Source: Chrysomallon squamiferum
Lineage: Eukaryota; Animalia; Mollusca
DNA: 64,000 nt
NCBI GenBank assembly: GCA_012295275.1
Contig: CM022670.1
Span: forward strand, 24,862,001-24,926,000
Reading direction: 5' to 3'
Within the stretch, counting starts at the first letter, position 1. The number at the start of each line of letters is the position of its first letter. This document shows positions 30,000 through 43,218 of the stretch, in pieces. Position numbers and translations under genes: made by a program. The notes beneath the pieces are model-generated. The model did no database searches. It was not told the DNA's origin and saw only the letters and a list, made by a program, of their open reading frames with translations.

Positions 30000-31720
30000 G
30001 TGTATAGTCGAGAGGAAGTATGTGACTTTATGTTTAATTTATAGGCATCTGCAAGCGCGCGAGGAGATCATCGTTTATTAACTGAATACTCATTAATCTT
30101 GCCGGTGGAAGAACAGTATATACTAAATACTTCTGTTCGTTCTGATCATATGCAATTATTCCTTCAGGGCATTGTAAAAATAATGTAAATAAACTTCTAA
30201 AACAAATGAAAACACGCACTGTGTTTCCAGCGTTTTCCTCGTTAATTATTATTATTGTTATTATTTCTATTATTATTATAACAAGTTTATTTTTTATATT
30301 CAACGAAATATTAACATTTTCACCATGAAGGTCATTCAGCAAGCTCATTAGAGTTATCTCCCATTAACGATTTAATAAAATCACATGATGAAACTGTAAT
30401 GATTCATACATTTAACACATTAACTGGCGAAAGAAGTATTAAAAATAAAAAAAGAACTATAATACTAAGGAACAAACACACTGGCTAATTTGTAAAATAA
30501 AATAAAATATAATATAATAAAAACACATATAGATAGAGATAAACAGACAGATATAATAAAATAACAATAAATTAAAATGAAAATAATTTAAAAGAAAAAG
30601 TATATTAGGTGTTCTGGTTTTGTTTCTAGGATCTGATGGCAGCGAAGTATCACATCATCATAGTGGTTTTGGTGTTAGAAAGAACGTCAACGATCTCACA
30701 CCATCTGAAACGGAAAGTCTTCGCAAAGCAATGGCCGCGGTAAAAGCGGATTCTGGACCAAACGGATTCCAAGCAATCGCCGCTTATCACGGAAGTCCAC
30801 CAATGTGTGAGCTCGAAGATGGAAAGAAATATTCCTGCTGTTTCCATGGTAAATAACATTATTTTGATTCTAAGATTTTGTAATATTTTCCTCCTGCTTT
30901 TCTTCTAAAATTAGTTTAACACATTTGTAAGAAAAGATAACGGACCTTAGTAAGTTAAATTCTCCGCAGTTCGTAAATTTATATATTCATAATTATGTTT
31001 TGAACCAAAACTTTTAAAACATATAATACAACATGAAAATTTATATTTTAAATAGGCAATTCATTTTATTTTTATATTCCATATAGTAAAATAAATGTTT
31101 AATAATTATGCCTTAATATTTACGACACACTTATTTTTAGTATATACTGGTATTAGTTACCTACTGAAAAATTACTGACCAAATTACTCTACTGACATAA
31201 TATATCTTTTTATATATTACTTGCTTCATTATCCTTTGTCAAGGTATGGCTACTTTCCCTCACTGGCACAGACTGTACGTTAAACAGATGGAAGATGCCC
31301 TGGTAGCAAATGGTGCCACTGTCGGTATTCCGTACTGGGACTGGACAGATGCTTTCACCAGCATGCCATCATTCGCTACACAGTCGGAAGATAATTCATG
31401 GCATGACGTAAGTTATTGTGCCCTTTTTCTTTCTTTCTTTCTATTTTTTAGTTATTTTATTTTTTCTGTAGTAAAGGGAGTTAACTCTGTTTTCTTTCCT
31501 TGTTTTATTTCCTTTGTATTTTCGACCCTTGACATTTACGGATGGTTATTGTCTTTGGAATTTGTATAGTTCGTTGATTTGATTGTTAAGAATACTTCAT
31601 TTTATTTTTTTTTTATTTCATCTTTTTCCTTTCTAGTTAATTTTTATTAATATTTAATTTTATTTTATTTTATTTTATTTTATTTAGTTATTTATAAATT
31701 TATTTATCCATGGCATGTAA

Positions 31721-31785
<65 letters not shown>

Positions 31786-34700
31786 TATTCATATTCACAG
31801 ACACACACATATACATACACATACACCAACTGTACTTACGTTATTATTTATTTTACCTATTTATTTACTTATTAATTAATTAATTAATTGATGTAGTTTT
31901 GTTTATTTATTTATTTTATTTTTAATTTCAGGCCAAAATTATAATTCATATAACCTTATTTTGTGGATTGAAATGATACGTAAGACAGCAGTTTCTGAAA
32001 TATAAAAAATAATGACATTTGAAATTTTAGGATTAAAAATGTTTTTATGTCATTGCGAAAATATAGTTAGAAAATCTTTTTATTTATTATTTCAAAATTT
32101 ATAATTATTATTATTTTTATTTATTATTATTTGTTTTGTTTTTTCCACATCAGGCAAAAATTGAATATCTGAATAAAGTGACTACACGTGATCCCAGACC
32201 ACAGCTTTTCAACGACCCAGAGAAAGGAGAAGAATCATTCTTCTATCGTCAAATTCTTCTTGCTCTTGAGCAGACTGACTTCTGCACATTCGAAGTCCAG
32301 TTTGAAATAGCGCACAACGCTATTCATTCCTGGACAGGAGGACACACCCAGTATGGTATGTCCACACTCGACTTCACGTCATACGATCCTCTGTTCTATC
32401 TCCACCATTCCAATGTGGACAGAATCTGGGCCATCTGGCAAGCGCTGCAGCAGTACCGAGGTCTGCCTTATGACAAAGCTTTCTGCGATATTCAGGAAAT
32501 GAAAGAACCAATGAAGCCCTTCAGTGATGCCATCAATCCAAATCCACTCACAAGATCCAACTCTCGTCCCATTGACGTTTTCAACTACGGCAGACTCAAT
32601 TACCAGTACGATAATCTCAAATTCCATGACTTGTCTATCCCTCAGTTAGAGAAACTTCTGCATGAGCACGCCGAGGAAGACCGAATGTTTGCAAGTTTCC
32701 TGCTGTCTGGAATAAAGCTTAGCGTTGATGTAGAGTTTGATATATGCATCAATCACGGAAAGACATGCAAATTTGCCGGAACCTTTGCAATTCTTGGCGG
32801 ACCTTACGAAATGCCATGGGCCTATGATCGACTATTCCGATACGATGTGACAAAAGTGATGAAAGTGATGGGTCTTAGATACGACTCAGATCTTGACTTC
32901 AAAGTACGAGTTATTGGTATTGATGGTAAACAGCTGGATTCTCATCTGATCCATACACCAACTTTGGATTTCATTCCAGGAACAGGCATGTGTAATTTTG
33001 AAATAACACAAATTTTAACTTGGTAGAATAAACAAACAACTCCAAATGTTGTCTTTTCTTATAGTGATTATTTGTGATAAAATATGTATATTATTAGCAA
33101 CGAAACTTGAATGATCTACATTTCTTTGTTTTAAATATATTAAAAGCTTTTAAGAGAATTAAACAGACAAAACAATTTACTATATAATGTTCTTAACATA
33201 GAAACAAATTCCTTTATAACTGAATTAAAACCCAAGTTTTAAAATATTTGTTAATGTTCTGCTTAACTTTATTTTCTGGCAGTGAATGCTTTATGTAAAT
33301 TTACCGCATTGCTAATATTATTAACTTATTTCAGGGCATGGACATAAGACTGCAGTCAAAGGAACACCAGCGTATCCTTCAGACAAACTGATAAGAAAAG
33401 AAATCAGCACTCTCTCTCTTGATGAGGCCAATGAAATAAAAAATGCTTTGTTCAAACTTCAAAGTGATGATGGAAAGAACGGATTCGAAGCTATCGCCGG
33501 CTTCCATGGCGTTCCATACACCTGCCCTGAACATGGAGATGACAAATTTGCATGTTGTACTCATGGGATGGCCGTTTTCCCACACTGGCACAGACTACAC
33601 ACAATTCAATTTGAAAGAGCTCTTGTAGAGAAAGGTTCATCACTAGGTGTCCCATACTGGGATTGGACGAAACCAATCAAGGGCATTCCAGCTTTCTTTG
33701 CCGACAGCAGCCACAACAATCCATTCTACAAATACCACATTAAATCTGTTAACCATGACACTGAACGAGAAATTAGTGAAACATTCTTCAAACAACCACA
33801 AATTGGACACCATGACTATCTCTATTATCTGGCTTTGAGTGCACTCGAAGAAGACAATTTCTGCGATTTCGAAGTGCAGTATGAGATTGTGCATAATGCC
33901 GTTCATGCATGGCTTGGAGGAACGAAAGAGCATTCCATGTCAACTCTTGAATATGCTGCTTTTGATCCAGTATTTATGATTCACCATTCCAGCATTGATC
34001 GTATTTGGATCATTTGGCAAGAATTGCAAAAGCTAAGGAAGAAACCATTCAGTTCTGCAAAATGTGTGGGACGCATGTTAGAAGAGCCTCTCCAGCCATT
34101 CAGCTACGAGACTGTCAACGGCGATGAATACACAAGGAAACTGTCTGACCCTAAGCATCTTTTTGACCAAGCTAGATTCGACTATTGGTACGACACCGTT
34201 GAACTGAATGGCCAGTCACTCGAAGAAGTCCATCATACTTTAGAAGACCTGCGACACAAGGACAGAATATTCGCTGCATTCGTTCTTTCAGGAATCGCTG
34301 CAACAGCTTCTGTGAAAATAATGCTGATAGGTGCTGACGGCCATGAAGAGGTTGCCGGGTCATTCATCATACTAGGCGGAGAGCGAGAAATGCCATGGGC
34401 TTACGAGAGACTGTACAAATACGACATAACTGACATCGCATCAAAACTGGGATTGAATGCTCATTCAACATTCAATTTCCATGTGGAGATAACCAAATAC
34501 GACGGAACCCCAATGGATGTCAAATACCCAACTCCACTGATCCTTCACCGCCCAGCCAATGTTCAGAAAGACACCCTCATCATTCCAGTCGGTTCCAATG
34601 TCCATTTGCCTGCCAAGGTGGTTGTCAAACAAGGCACCGACATCTTCTTCCATGTTGTGGACAACGCTGTCAGTAAATCGATGATTAATTTGAACAGTTA

Positions 34701-34860
34701 CACCACTTACGTCGACTGCGTTGTTCCACATTTCTCCTTCAACAGCTTTGAGCTGGAGACTGCATACTCTCTGAAGAGTGGCCAGTACTTCTTCTCAGCG
34801 CACACAAAGGAACTCTGCGAACAGAATGTCAGAATCCAGATCACCGTGGATAATGAATAA
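16529..34860 (+). CDS. Molluscan hemocyanin isoform 1 (Hc1), canonical 8 functional units a-h, about 3421 aa, 18 coding exons
   Basis: Eight repeats of the type-3 copper FU pattern HG..C...CCxHGMxxFPxWHR...PYWDW...C.FExQFExxHNxxH...DPxFxxHHxxxDxxW...EMPW. FUs are separated by phase-1 linker introns and FU-h has a C-terminal extension of about 100 aa. Summed exon length is 10266 nt, divisible by 3. Confidence 0.97.
17033..17101. repeat. (GA)n microsatellite in Hc1 intron 1
   Basis: Direct inspection. Confidence 0.95.
17766..20373 (+). CDS. Hc1 FU-a (exons 17766-18339, 19091-19345, 19967-20373)
   Basis: LVRKNVDEL...[22 protein letters not shown]...HNTIH...LHHSNVDR; GT-AG junctions in frame. 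Confidence 0.95.
20851..20912. repeat. (AT)n microsatellite just upstream of the Hc1 FU-b acceptor
   Basis: Direct inspection. Confidence 0.95.
20925..22653 (+). CDS. Hc1 FU-b (exons 20925-21181, 21476-22314, 22508-22653)
   Basis: DKSVDGYQAIAEYHGLPARCP..CCVHG...[19 protein letters not shown]...HNAIH; second FU in order. Confidence 0.95.
22761..24002 (+). CDS. Hc1 FU-c (single exon)
   Basis: FHGEPEWCPKPEAEHKFSCCVHG...[21 protein letters not shown]...SLRYTAFDP..HHSMVDR. Confidence 0.95.
24467..25958 (+). CDS. Hc1 FU-d (exons 24467-25301, 25552-25958)
   Basis: [18 protein letters not shown]...CCHHG...YYNSRQQRFDPNPFF...HNALH. Confidence 0.95.
26210..27914 (+). CDS. Hc1 FU-e (exons 26210-27216, 27677-27914)
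   Basis: [28 protein letters not shown]...HNGVH...PFSFGSPYNLN. Confidence 0.95.
28489..29739 (+). CDS. Hc1 FU-f (single exon)
   Basis: VRKDLDSLTERDIQSL...FHGMPLLCPDP..CCHHG...NPFARGYIP...HNWIH..GGRQTYALSSLH. Confidence 0.95.
30630..32985 (+). CDS. Hc1 FU-g (exons 30630-30848, 31244-31407, 32154-32985)
   Basis: [22 protein letters not shown]|[18 protein letters not shown]...[22 protein letters not shown]...[10 protein letters not shown]. Confidence 0.95.
31722..31780. repeat. (CA)n microsatellite in an Hc1 FU-g intron
   Basis: Direct inspection. Confidence 0.95.
33335..34860 (+). CDS. Hc1 FU-h with C-terminal cupredoxin-like extension (single coding exon, stop 34858-34860)
   Basis: [31 protein letters not shown]...HNAVH...plus tail LPAKVVVKQGT...LCEQNVRIQITVDNE*. 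Confidence 0.95.
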
Positions 34861-34960
34861 CAAGGTAACTATCTAACAGAAAACTATATAAAACTTTTTG
34901 TTTAATAACGATACCATAATATCGACAAATTAAAAGTCACAACTGTTTTATTTATTTATT

Positions 34961-34967
<7 letters not shown>

Positions 34968-35044
<77 letters not shown>
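34968..35044. repeat. (TAT)n microsatellite in the Hc1 3'-UTR intron, representative of many (AAT/TAT)n tracts in the window
   Basis: Direct inspection. Confidence 0.95.
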
Positions 35045-35588
35045 TGTGATTTTAAAGATAATATTTGAGAAGAAATCTCGCAACCATCTTAAGAACTTCT
35101 CTGTCCGTAAGACAATGAAAATAATAATAGTACACTTACATTAATAACATTAATACAAAGGCCTGCATCTTTCACCACGTATATAAGTTAAAATTAATAT
35201 TTTCCATATCGGTTCCCGACTTAATAAAGTGCATATGTATAACCCCTTTTCTTTTGAAATAAATATTAATGAATGTTCTTTTTTTTCTTTCCAGTTGAAA
35301 TTGTTCGCTCGAGAAGTATTTGAATCGAAGTGATGTTCTGAAAACACCTGAACATATTTAATCATTGTATTTACACTGAAGCATGACATGATTCAAATAC
35401 ATATACCAGACAAATTATTATTATTATTTTTTGTCTACCTCAGTGCCACCTTTTTTTGTTTCGTTTTTGTTTTAGAACTTTGTGTACAGTTTATTATATG
35501 TTTTTAATAAATGTATTATATCTACTGTTTTTAAATAAATATACTCTATATATGGTTTTGTTATTGTGTTTGGTTTGATGTTTTACAG

Positions 35589-35845
35589 AATTCGTCCTTC
35601 ACAAACACAAGCATACATCTTAAATGTTCTTCACCGAATTATTTATTTATTTATTTATTTGTTTGTTTGTTTTTTTATTTATTTCTTTCTTCTTTCTAAA
35701 GCTTTGCTATAATGTGTTCACTCTGATCTCTTAGCAAATGTCTGTTCAAAACTTATTACTGCCATTAGAATATTACTGAGTTTTTGACTAAACGTTCAGC
35801 GACACCCAGACGTTATTAATAAACTCGTCTTTCAAAAAATCATCA
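35589..35845 (+). other. Probable Hc1 3'-UTR exon after the 3'-UTR intron (donor at 34865), with AATAAA at 35818-35823
   Basis: TAAcaag|gtaact donor; gttttacag acceptor at 35587-35588; the acceptor choice is inferred. Confidence 0.45.
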
Positions 35846-35964
35846 CACGAAAAAAAAAAAAAAGGCCAAACGTTTTATGATACAACTGACTGGTATCTTT
35901 CTATACCGAATAAAAATCTTCCCATAGATAGGGAAACATATAATAATTACTGAGAAACCAGTCA

Positions 35965-36074
35965 AAGGGCACTGGCTCGAACGGGAAACTGACACGTGAC
36001 ACGGAAAGAAAGATTGATCAATGGTTTTCTTGCGACTTAGGCCAGCGCTCTAATCGCTACACTATAACCATTCC
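35965..36074 (-). mobile_element. Possible degenerate tRNA-derived SINE head
   Basis: Minus strand GGTTATAGTGTAGCGATTAGAGCGCTGGC (A-box/D-arm-like) followed about 55 nt later by CCCGTTCGAGCC (B-box-like); spacing too long and pairing too poor for a real tRNA. Confidence 0.3.
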
Positions 36075-36473
36075 AGTTTTACTGCTACTCCTAAATAAAT
36101 AAATTAATTAATTAATAAATAAAATAAAATAAATTACTGCTGTAATGTTTGATCTTTTCGCATTTCGTTTATTTTTTCTTCCGTTGTTTTCATCAGATGA
36201 CTTAAACTGTATTAGATTCGAATTTCATCAAAACCCATACATAGTTAAAGCAAAAAAAAACCAACAACATTAAAAACAACATTAAAAAACATTAAAAATA
36301 TTCAATTAAAATGATAAAGAACGTAAAGAATGATAAAGAAGAAATAAAGTAATAATAAATAAATAAATAAAGCAAAGAAAAAGCTCATTTATAATAATAA
36401 TAATGGCAAAACACTATGGCAGACCTAACAGAGAAAAAAAGTTGATGCCCTAACCAACAAAATAATTAAGATA

Positions 36474-36521
<48 letters not shown>

Positions 36522-36746
36522 CATAATAATATTTATATTAATAATCTGTTAGTATCAGAATTTTAAGAAAACAGTTTTTGCAGTTAATTAGAAAGTTCCA
36601 GGATCAAATCCATTTTGTTTCAGTTACTTTCTACATTGTTTGTTTACGGAATCTTTTATCGAAACCAGCACGATAAACTCATTTATTTTTCTATCAAATT
36701 CTACCTGAATCACAAGTGGACTGTTTTTAAACAAACAAACACACAC

Positions 36747-36790
<44 letters not shown>

Positions 36791-36874
36791 TACACAAATT
36801 CACAGGACACACAAATCCATGCTATTTTGATTGAAAATGAAAAATAAAGCCTAAATAAAATTTTTAAATTAATT

Positions 36875-36931
<57 letters not shown>

Positions 36932-37434
36932 TCACTTACATCTATATATGACACTAGGGGCCTATAAGCAAAAATATATTATACAAAATCGTAAGCAATA
37001 ATTAAATCATATTCTATTAAAACTTTCCTGTACTAAATAGTATGTGGGAATTCACAGAGAATGTTGAACTTCACTATCGGTAAAAGATATTCAAATCATG
37101 TATAAATATACAAAATTTAATTATCTGTATTCTACATGCAAATGTATTGCTAATCTTAGATTTTAAAACAATTCAATCAATTTTATAGCTAGAAATAATT
37201 CATTGTAATATGTAATTTTATACACTCTTTTAAAAATAAATCTGCAGCGTAACATTATTTTTCTTTTTAAAATGTACGCACAATCGTACCTACAGACAAG
37301 CCCCTGAATTTTGAAAGTAAAATAATTATAAAACAACACAACGCACCACATACACGTATATTAAAGCTAAAATTAGAAATAACAATAAAATACATAAGAA
37401 AAAGAAGTGCATGATTTATTATTATTATCATTAC

Positions 37435-37474
<40 letters not shown>

Positions 37475-38161
37475 GTTATTATAATGAATAATGTTAATTG
37501 TTTTAATGCGTGTGTTTGTTTCATATATTTTGCTAACACTTTTATTTTTTCCTTTTTGAATATCGTACGACATTATTAGCACGTAACGTTAAACGTGAGG
37601 ATTTAACGCGATGCAAGTAAACAAATATTAAGTTACATCAGGCAGTTTCCATGAAACAATTACCCCTGAACATGTATACAAACGTCACGGAGGAAAACTG
37701 ACCTAGATCTGGGAACGGTCAAGATCGGATACAGTTACGCTGCACGTCTGTTTCGCATTCCACAAAATGTCCGTTCATCATCGATGCTTCTGGAAAGTTA
37801 ACGCCCACGAGCTAACAATGTTTTCTGTTGGTCTGAAAAATAAACACGTGACTCTTGAAACCAACCCTATTTCTAGACGAAGAGCATCTTGCGCGCTGAG
37901 ATAAGAAATGGGAGGAGTTTCACTTAACAAAGGGGAGGGGCTTAGAAGGTCATTGAAGAATTCTCGTTGTAATGATATATCAAAACCTAATTTTTCTCAG
38001 TACATCTGTACGCCTTTTCTGCAAGTAAAGTTTTCAACGCTGATTGAAATTCTCAGTCAGCCAGAATTAAATGTTTCTCTTAGGAATTAAAGTGAAATAA
38101 TAGTGTTTTTCCAAAGTAATTTCCTGCTATGTAGTAAAGAATATAGAAAGCGACAGAAAGA

Positions 38162-38219
<58 letters not shown>

Positions 38220-38755
38220 GATGATAATGATGATGATAATAAATAAATAAACAAATAAATGGACTGTATTAAATTCTTCCACTAAGTACAATACTGAATA
38301 CTATATAAAGTTGTTTTTTGTTGTTGTTATTATTTAAATAATTCTACTGACATATAATTCGAAGCATTATTTTAAGGTATTTTCGATATGATATGTCGTA
38401 TTAACCTTATTAAAATTAAAATTAATGGGTGTATGACAGTAAACATGCAGATTAATTAATAATTAGGAACAACAACAAAAACAACATAAAACGCTCCTCC
38501 AATCCAACCCCATGAAAAAGAAACCCAACAACAACAACAAACCTCCGTAAAAATAAAATCCAAAACACGCACTCAAATAAATACATAAATACTAGAAAAT
38601 AAACAAACACACAGAAAAAACCCACGAAACAAAACAAAACAGTCTGCAGACAGCCAAATAAATAATAATAATAATAAAATAAACATAAATAAATAAATAA
38701 ATAAATAATAATAATTATGATAATAATAATAATTATAATAATAATAATAATAATT

Positions 38756-38789
<34 letters not shown>

Positions 38790-39938
38790 CATCATTATTA
38801 TGATTTTATTATTATTATTTTTATTATTATTATTAATATAAATCAATGAATAAATAAAACCAATCAAAACAGCAGTCAGTTATTTAATCAATGAATAAAT
38901 GAATCAATTAATCAGTAAATATTTAGAAAAAATAAACTCTGTATTTTCATTGGACAGGTAGTAGGTTCGCTACTTTATTCCCGATTCCACGAAAAGATAA
39001 TGTGGTAGTGATTGGGTACCATACTCACTGATCCTTGTAATTATTACATTGTGGTGACAATATGCAATTGTCTGATTATTCATGTTCTTACGTCATGCAA
39101 ATGACATGAAAGACTGGGGCTATGGTGAGTTTTAATTTCAGCATTAAACAATGTTGGTACTGCACATTATACATGTCTTTTCGAAATACTGATTCCGTAC
39201 AACATTTCACTTTAAAGATGGATTTGTGAAAATATTACTTGAGTATCACCGTGCATGACATATTTTCACAAGTATGTAGTCTCTGTACACTAAATTAACA
39301 AAGTGTTTGGATCAGGGTTTATTTTATATTTTCTCAACTGAGTACAGCTATTAAAAAAAAATAAGAACAAAAATTAAATTAATTAATTAAAAATCAACCT
39401 AAACTAAACTAAACTAAAATAAGAAAAAATAAAGAAAAAAAAAAAAAGAAAAGAAAAGAAAGGAATAAACTATTTTAATTTTGTAGCTAATCACTGAAGT
39501 GATGCCTGCTTTTGTTTATTTATGTATTTATGTATGTTTGTTTATTTGTTTGTTTGATTATTTATTTATTTATACTATTTCTTCTACTAGTGTTGTTGTT
39601 GTTGTTGTGTTGCTGTTGTAATCAAACTATAAGTTAAATTTCAATCATCTGTAAAATAGTAACTTCCTCCAAAAAATAAAAAGAACAGCAGCAGTAAGAA
39701 AAAAAAAGGCGTCAGCAAATAGAAAACAAAACATCAAGTTAGCAAACATGAATACAGTTATAGTGAAGAAATTCCAGTGTTCTAATAGACACCGAAATAA
39801 TTTAAGATTACTTTCAAATATTAGTTTAAATAAGTATATTCCAGCTAATATCACTTGGTATTATAGCGACATATCTCAAAACATTAAGTTACTAATTTAG
39901 AAATGAAAATGATAATGATCATGATGATGATGATGATG

Positions 39939-39982
<44 letters not shown>

Positions 39983-40061
39983 TAATAATAATAATAACAA
40001 AATAGTGATAATAATAAAACTGAAACAAATAATTAAAAATATTAAATTATTATTATTATTG

Positions 40062-40123
<62 letters not shown>

Positions 40124-41324
40124 GAATTTAAAGTTAAATAAAAAAAAGTACCATTAATTATTAAAAAAAAGGTTTGTAAAAGACACAAACATACATTTAA
40201 ATACATATTTCTTATGACCTCAGAAACTGACTAGAAACTGTAAAATCTAAATTAATAATTAAAAGTTAAAGTAAAAGTAAACGAGAACAAATGAAATTAA
40301 AAAAGCGGTAAAAAGTAATATAAAAAAGAATTGTGACAAAAATAAATAAATAAAATAAGAAATAAATAAGAACAGAATTCAGAAAAATGAAACGAACAAT
40401 GCTCTCGTTTTATTAATTAATACAAAACTACAACAACAATAACAACAAAAATAATAAATAAATAAATGAGGTCTAGTTTTCTAACGTAGATGTTCAAACA
40501 GATAATACATTTCTCGCAAAACAGCAGCGAGCTCATTCATAAACAAACATTTTCTGCAAGACAAATTTCTTAATACAATATTTATTATAAAACACAAACA
40601 AACAGTCATATATATAAATTCTGCTATCATAAACACTTAATAATTTTTATTTCAGTATTCGTTCGTAAGTGGACAATGTAAAAATAATACAGCTATTAGC
40701 ATGATATCAGTGTCTTTATAATCTTTGCTGACGAAGAATTAAAGAATGAACGAAAGTGCACGAACAAGGTTCATTCATCACATCACAACATGCAAACTTA
40801 GCAAGGGCAAAACAAAGTTCGTAACATAATTCTTTTCTAATAAACAGACGACCTTGCTAAATGCATAATCAACACTTGTCCAGCGTTGGGTTACCCAACA
40901 GCCACGTTCCTGGCCTCAATGAAACTCAGGGTTATCTTTGCCATTGTTAAAATGTGCACCGGGGTCTCGTAACACAAAGCTGAATTAATCTGATCCATCA
41001 CTTTACGTCATTTGCAGACATGTGCCAAGTCAAATTTGCTGACACAAAGCAGTCACATTCATTTCTGTTTTATTTCTTTGGTTTCATAATGGAACAAGTC
41101 GATTCTATTTCGTCAAAAGGCGTACTTGTTTTGAATAACAGTGAAAATTTGTCGAATTTCTCACAAACGATGGGTTGAAAAAGCAGTTAATTATCTTCAA
41201 GAGTTGCGAGGGTCGTTCTTAAATTAAATAAATCACATAGTTACTGAAACAGAACAACCCTAAACATTTACATCGGTGCCATTGTTACCCTGCCATAATA
41301 ATGGACTTGACCTGACTAAAAAAG

Positions 41325-41362
41325 TATAAATGTCGGAACGGACATTGGATCGTTACCACAGT
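41325..41362 (+). promoter_or_regulatory. Hc2 core promoter: TATA box plus initiator-like ACCACAGT
   Basis: TATAAAT 41325-41331, ACCACAGT 41355-41362, ATG at 41397. Confidence 0.7.
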
Positions 41363-41396
41363 GATTCCAGTGACAGCGGACATCGCCACCGGAAGC

Positions 41397-42485
41397 ATGT
41401 GGTCTTTAGCAGTCTTGCTTTTCTTGGGCAGTGCCTGCCACGTGAGTAAATTATTTATTTATTTATTTATTTATTTGTTTATTTATTTATTTGATTATTT
41501 ATTTATTTGATTATTTATTTATTAAGAAATGACAATAATCAATTAACGTAAGATAATATTCAATTGTTATGCTGAGACAATACTTAGTTCTAATTGTTTG
41601 GAATTAATGATATAAGAATTTAACTTTTTTTTTTTATTCATCTTACATTTGCAGTACTCTTAATCTATTTCATAATCAGGATATATTATAAGTTATTTAT
41701 AAAAAATAATAATATTAATAATAATTAAAAATATATAAACAGAATAAAACACATACTGTAACAAAAATTAAATAAGTAAGTAAATTAACAAACAGTCCAA
41801 GAAACAAACGAATAAATAATGATAAGAAAAAAGAAAAAGACCTAAACTTAAAAACAACCAGATAAAAAACATTCAAAATAAAAAATAATACATATTAACT
41901 TATACAATACAATATTAACTTATTAAAAACAACCAGATAAAAAACATTCAAAATCAAAAACAATACATATTAACTTATACAATACTGCATAAAAATTAGA
42001 TATTATTAATAACTGTTTTGATATATTTTAAGTTTAAAAATCGATTTTGTGAATATAAATTATAAAAAAAGAAGAAGAAAAAATAAATAAAAACAATTTG
42101 TATTAAACCATATACTTCATCTAGAAATAATACTATCATACTATCCTAATCCGAAAATTATTCGAATGCGTTTTGCAGCTATTTTAACTGAGAAAAGAAA
42201 GTCACTGAAAGAGTATTTATAATAATAATTTCAACTAAATTAAACGGGATATAATTCTTTTTTTGTTTCTAAATAAATAAATAAAATTACAGTAAAATAT
42301 TCCTACAATTTTCACTTTTCCTAATGTATTAAAATATACATGGAAATAAAAGTTACACGATGTTACTATTTCAAGGTGTAGATTTGACAGAATGACAAAT
42401 TTTCTTAATATATTTTGTACATTTTCAAGTCACTATTTTATTTATTTTTCAACTTTATTTATTTATTTATTTATTTCTTCTTCTT

Positions 42486-42516
<31 letters not shown>

Positions 42517-42573
42517 TTATTATTATTATTGTTCTGTTTTTAACTTTTCAGCTGACTGTTGGAATCAGACATG
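41397..42573 (+). CDS. Hc2 signal peptide: exon 41397-41441 ([15 protein letters not shown]) plus 22-nt micro-exon 42552-42573 (LTVGIRH)
   Basis: CAC|gtgagt phase 0; ttttcag|CTGACTGTTGGAATCAGACATG|gtaagc phase 1; same layout and same 67-nt total as Hc1. Confidence 0.8.
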
Positions 42574-43182
42574 GTAAGCATATATTTTAAATTAATTTAT
42601 ATCATAATGTTATGTAAGATAAAACGGTAAAGGCAATTATAAATACATACATTTAATTAAAACCACTTGACCACAGAAATACCTAATTCACCATTAATTA
42701 AATGAAATAAACAAATAAAAAAACAAACAAATAAATAAATAAAAACCTTTTTCTTCACTTCTTTCTCCTCCCTTCTTTACGTAACGCCAGTAACTAAATT
42801 AATGTCGTCATTTCTCCATTTCTGTATGCAGAAAATTTAGTAAGAAAAAATGTGGAGAAGCTAAGTACGACGGAAATTCTGAACTTGCAAGTTGCTCTGG
42901 ATAAACTCGAACATGAAAGCGGTCCTTCTGGCTACCAGGTAATAGCAGGCTACCACGGTGCGCCACCTAGCTGCGAAGTCAAGGGCCAGAAGACAGCTTG
43001 CTGCATCCACGGCATGCCAACGTTCCCAGCTTGGCATCGACTGTACGTGGTGCAGATGGAGCGTGCTCTAGCTCGTCAAGGTAAGATATTTTGATAGAAA
43101 TGTTTTTGTCTTAAATCTCCGAACTTAAGCATATTTTGTTTTGGATACAAGAGGTTGTATTAAGCGTAATTGTAAATGAACT

Positions 43183-43218
<36 letters not shown>

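Noticed and set aside
31921-31980. Decoy acceptor ttcag|GCCAAAATT resembling the start of Hc1 FU-g exon 3
   Set aside because: Similarity ends after three codons and the frame hits a stop; the acceptor at 32154 gives the conserved 832-nt exon.
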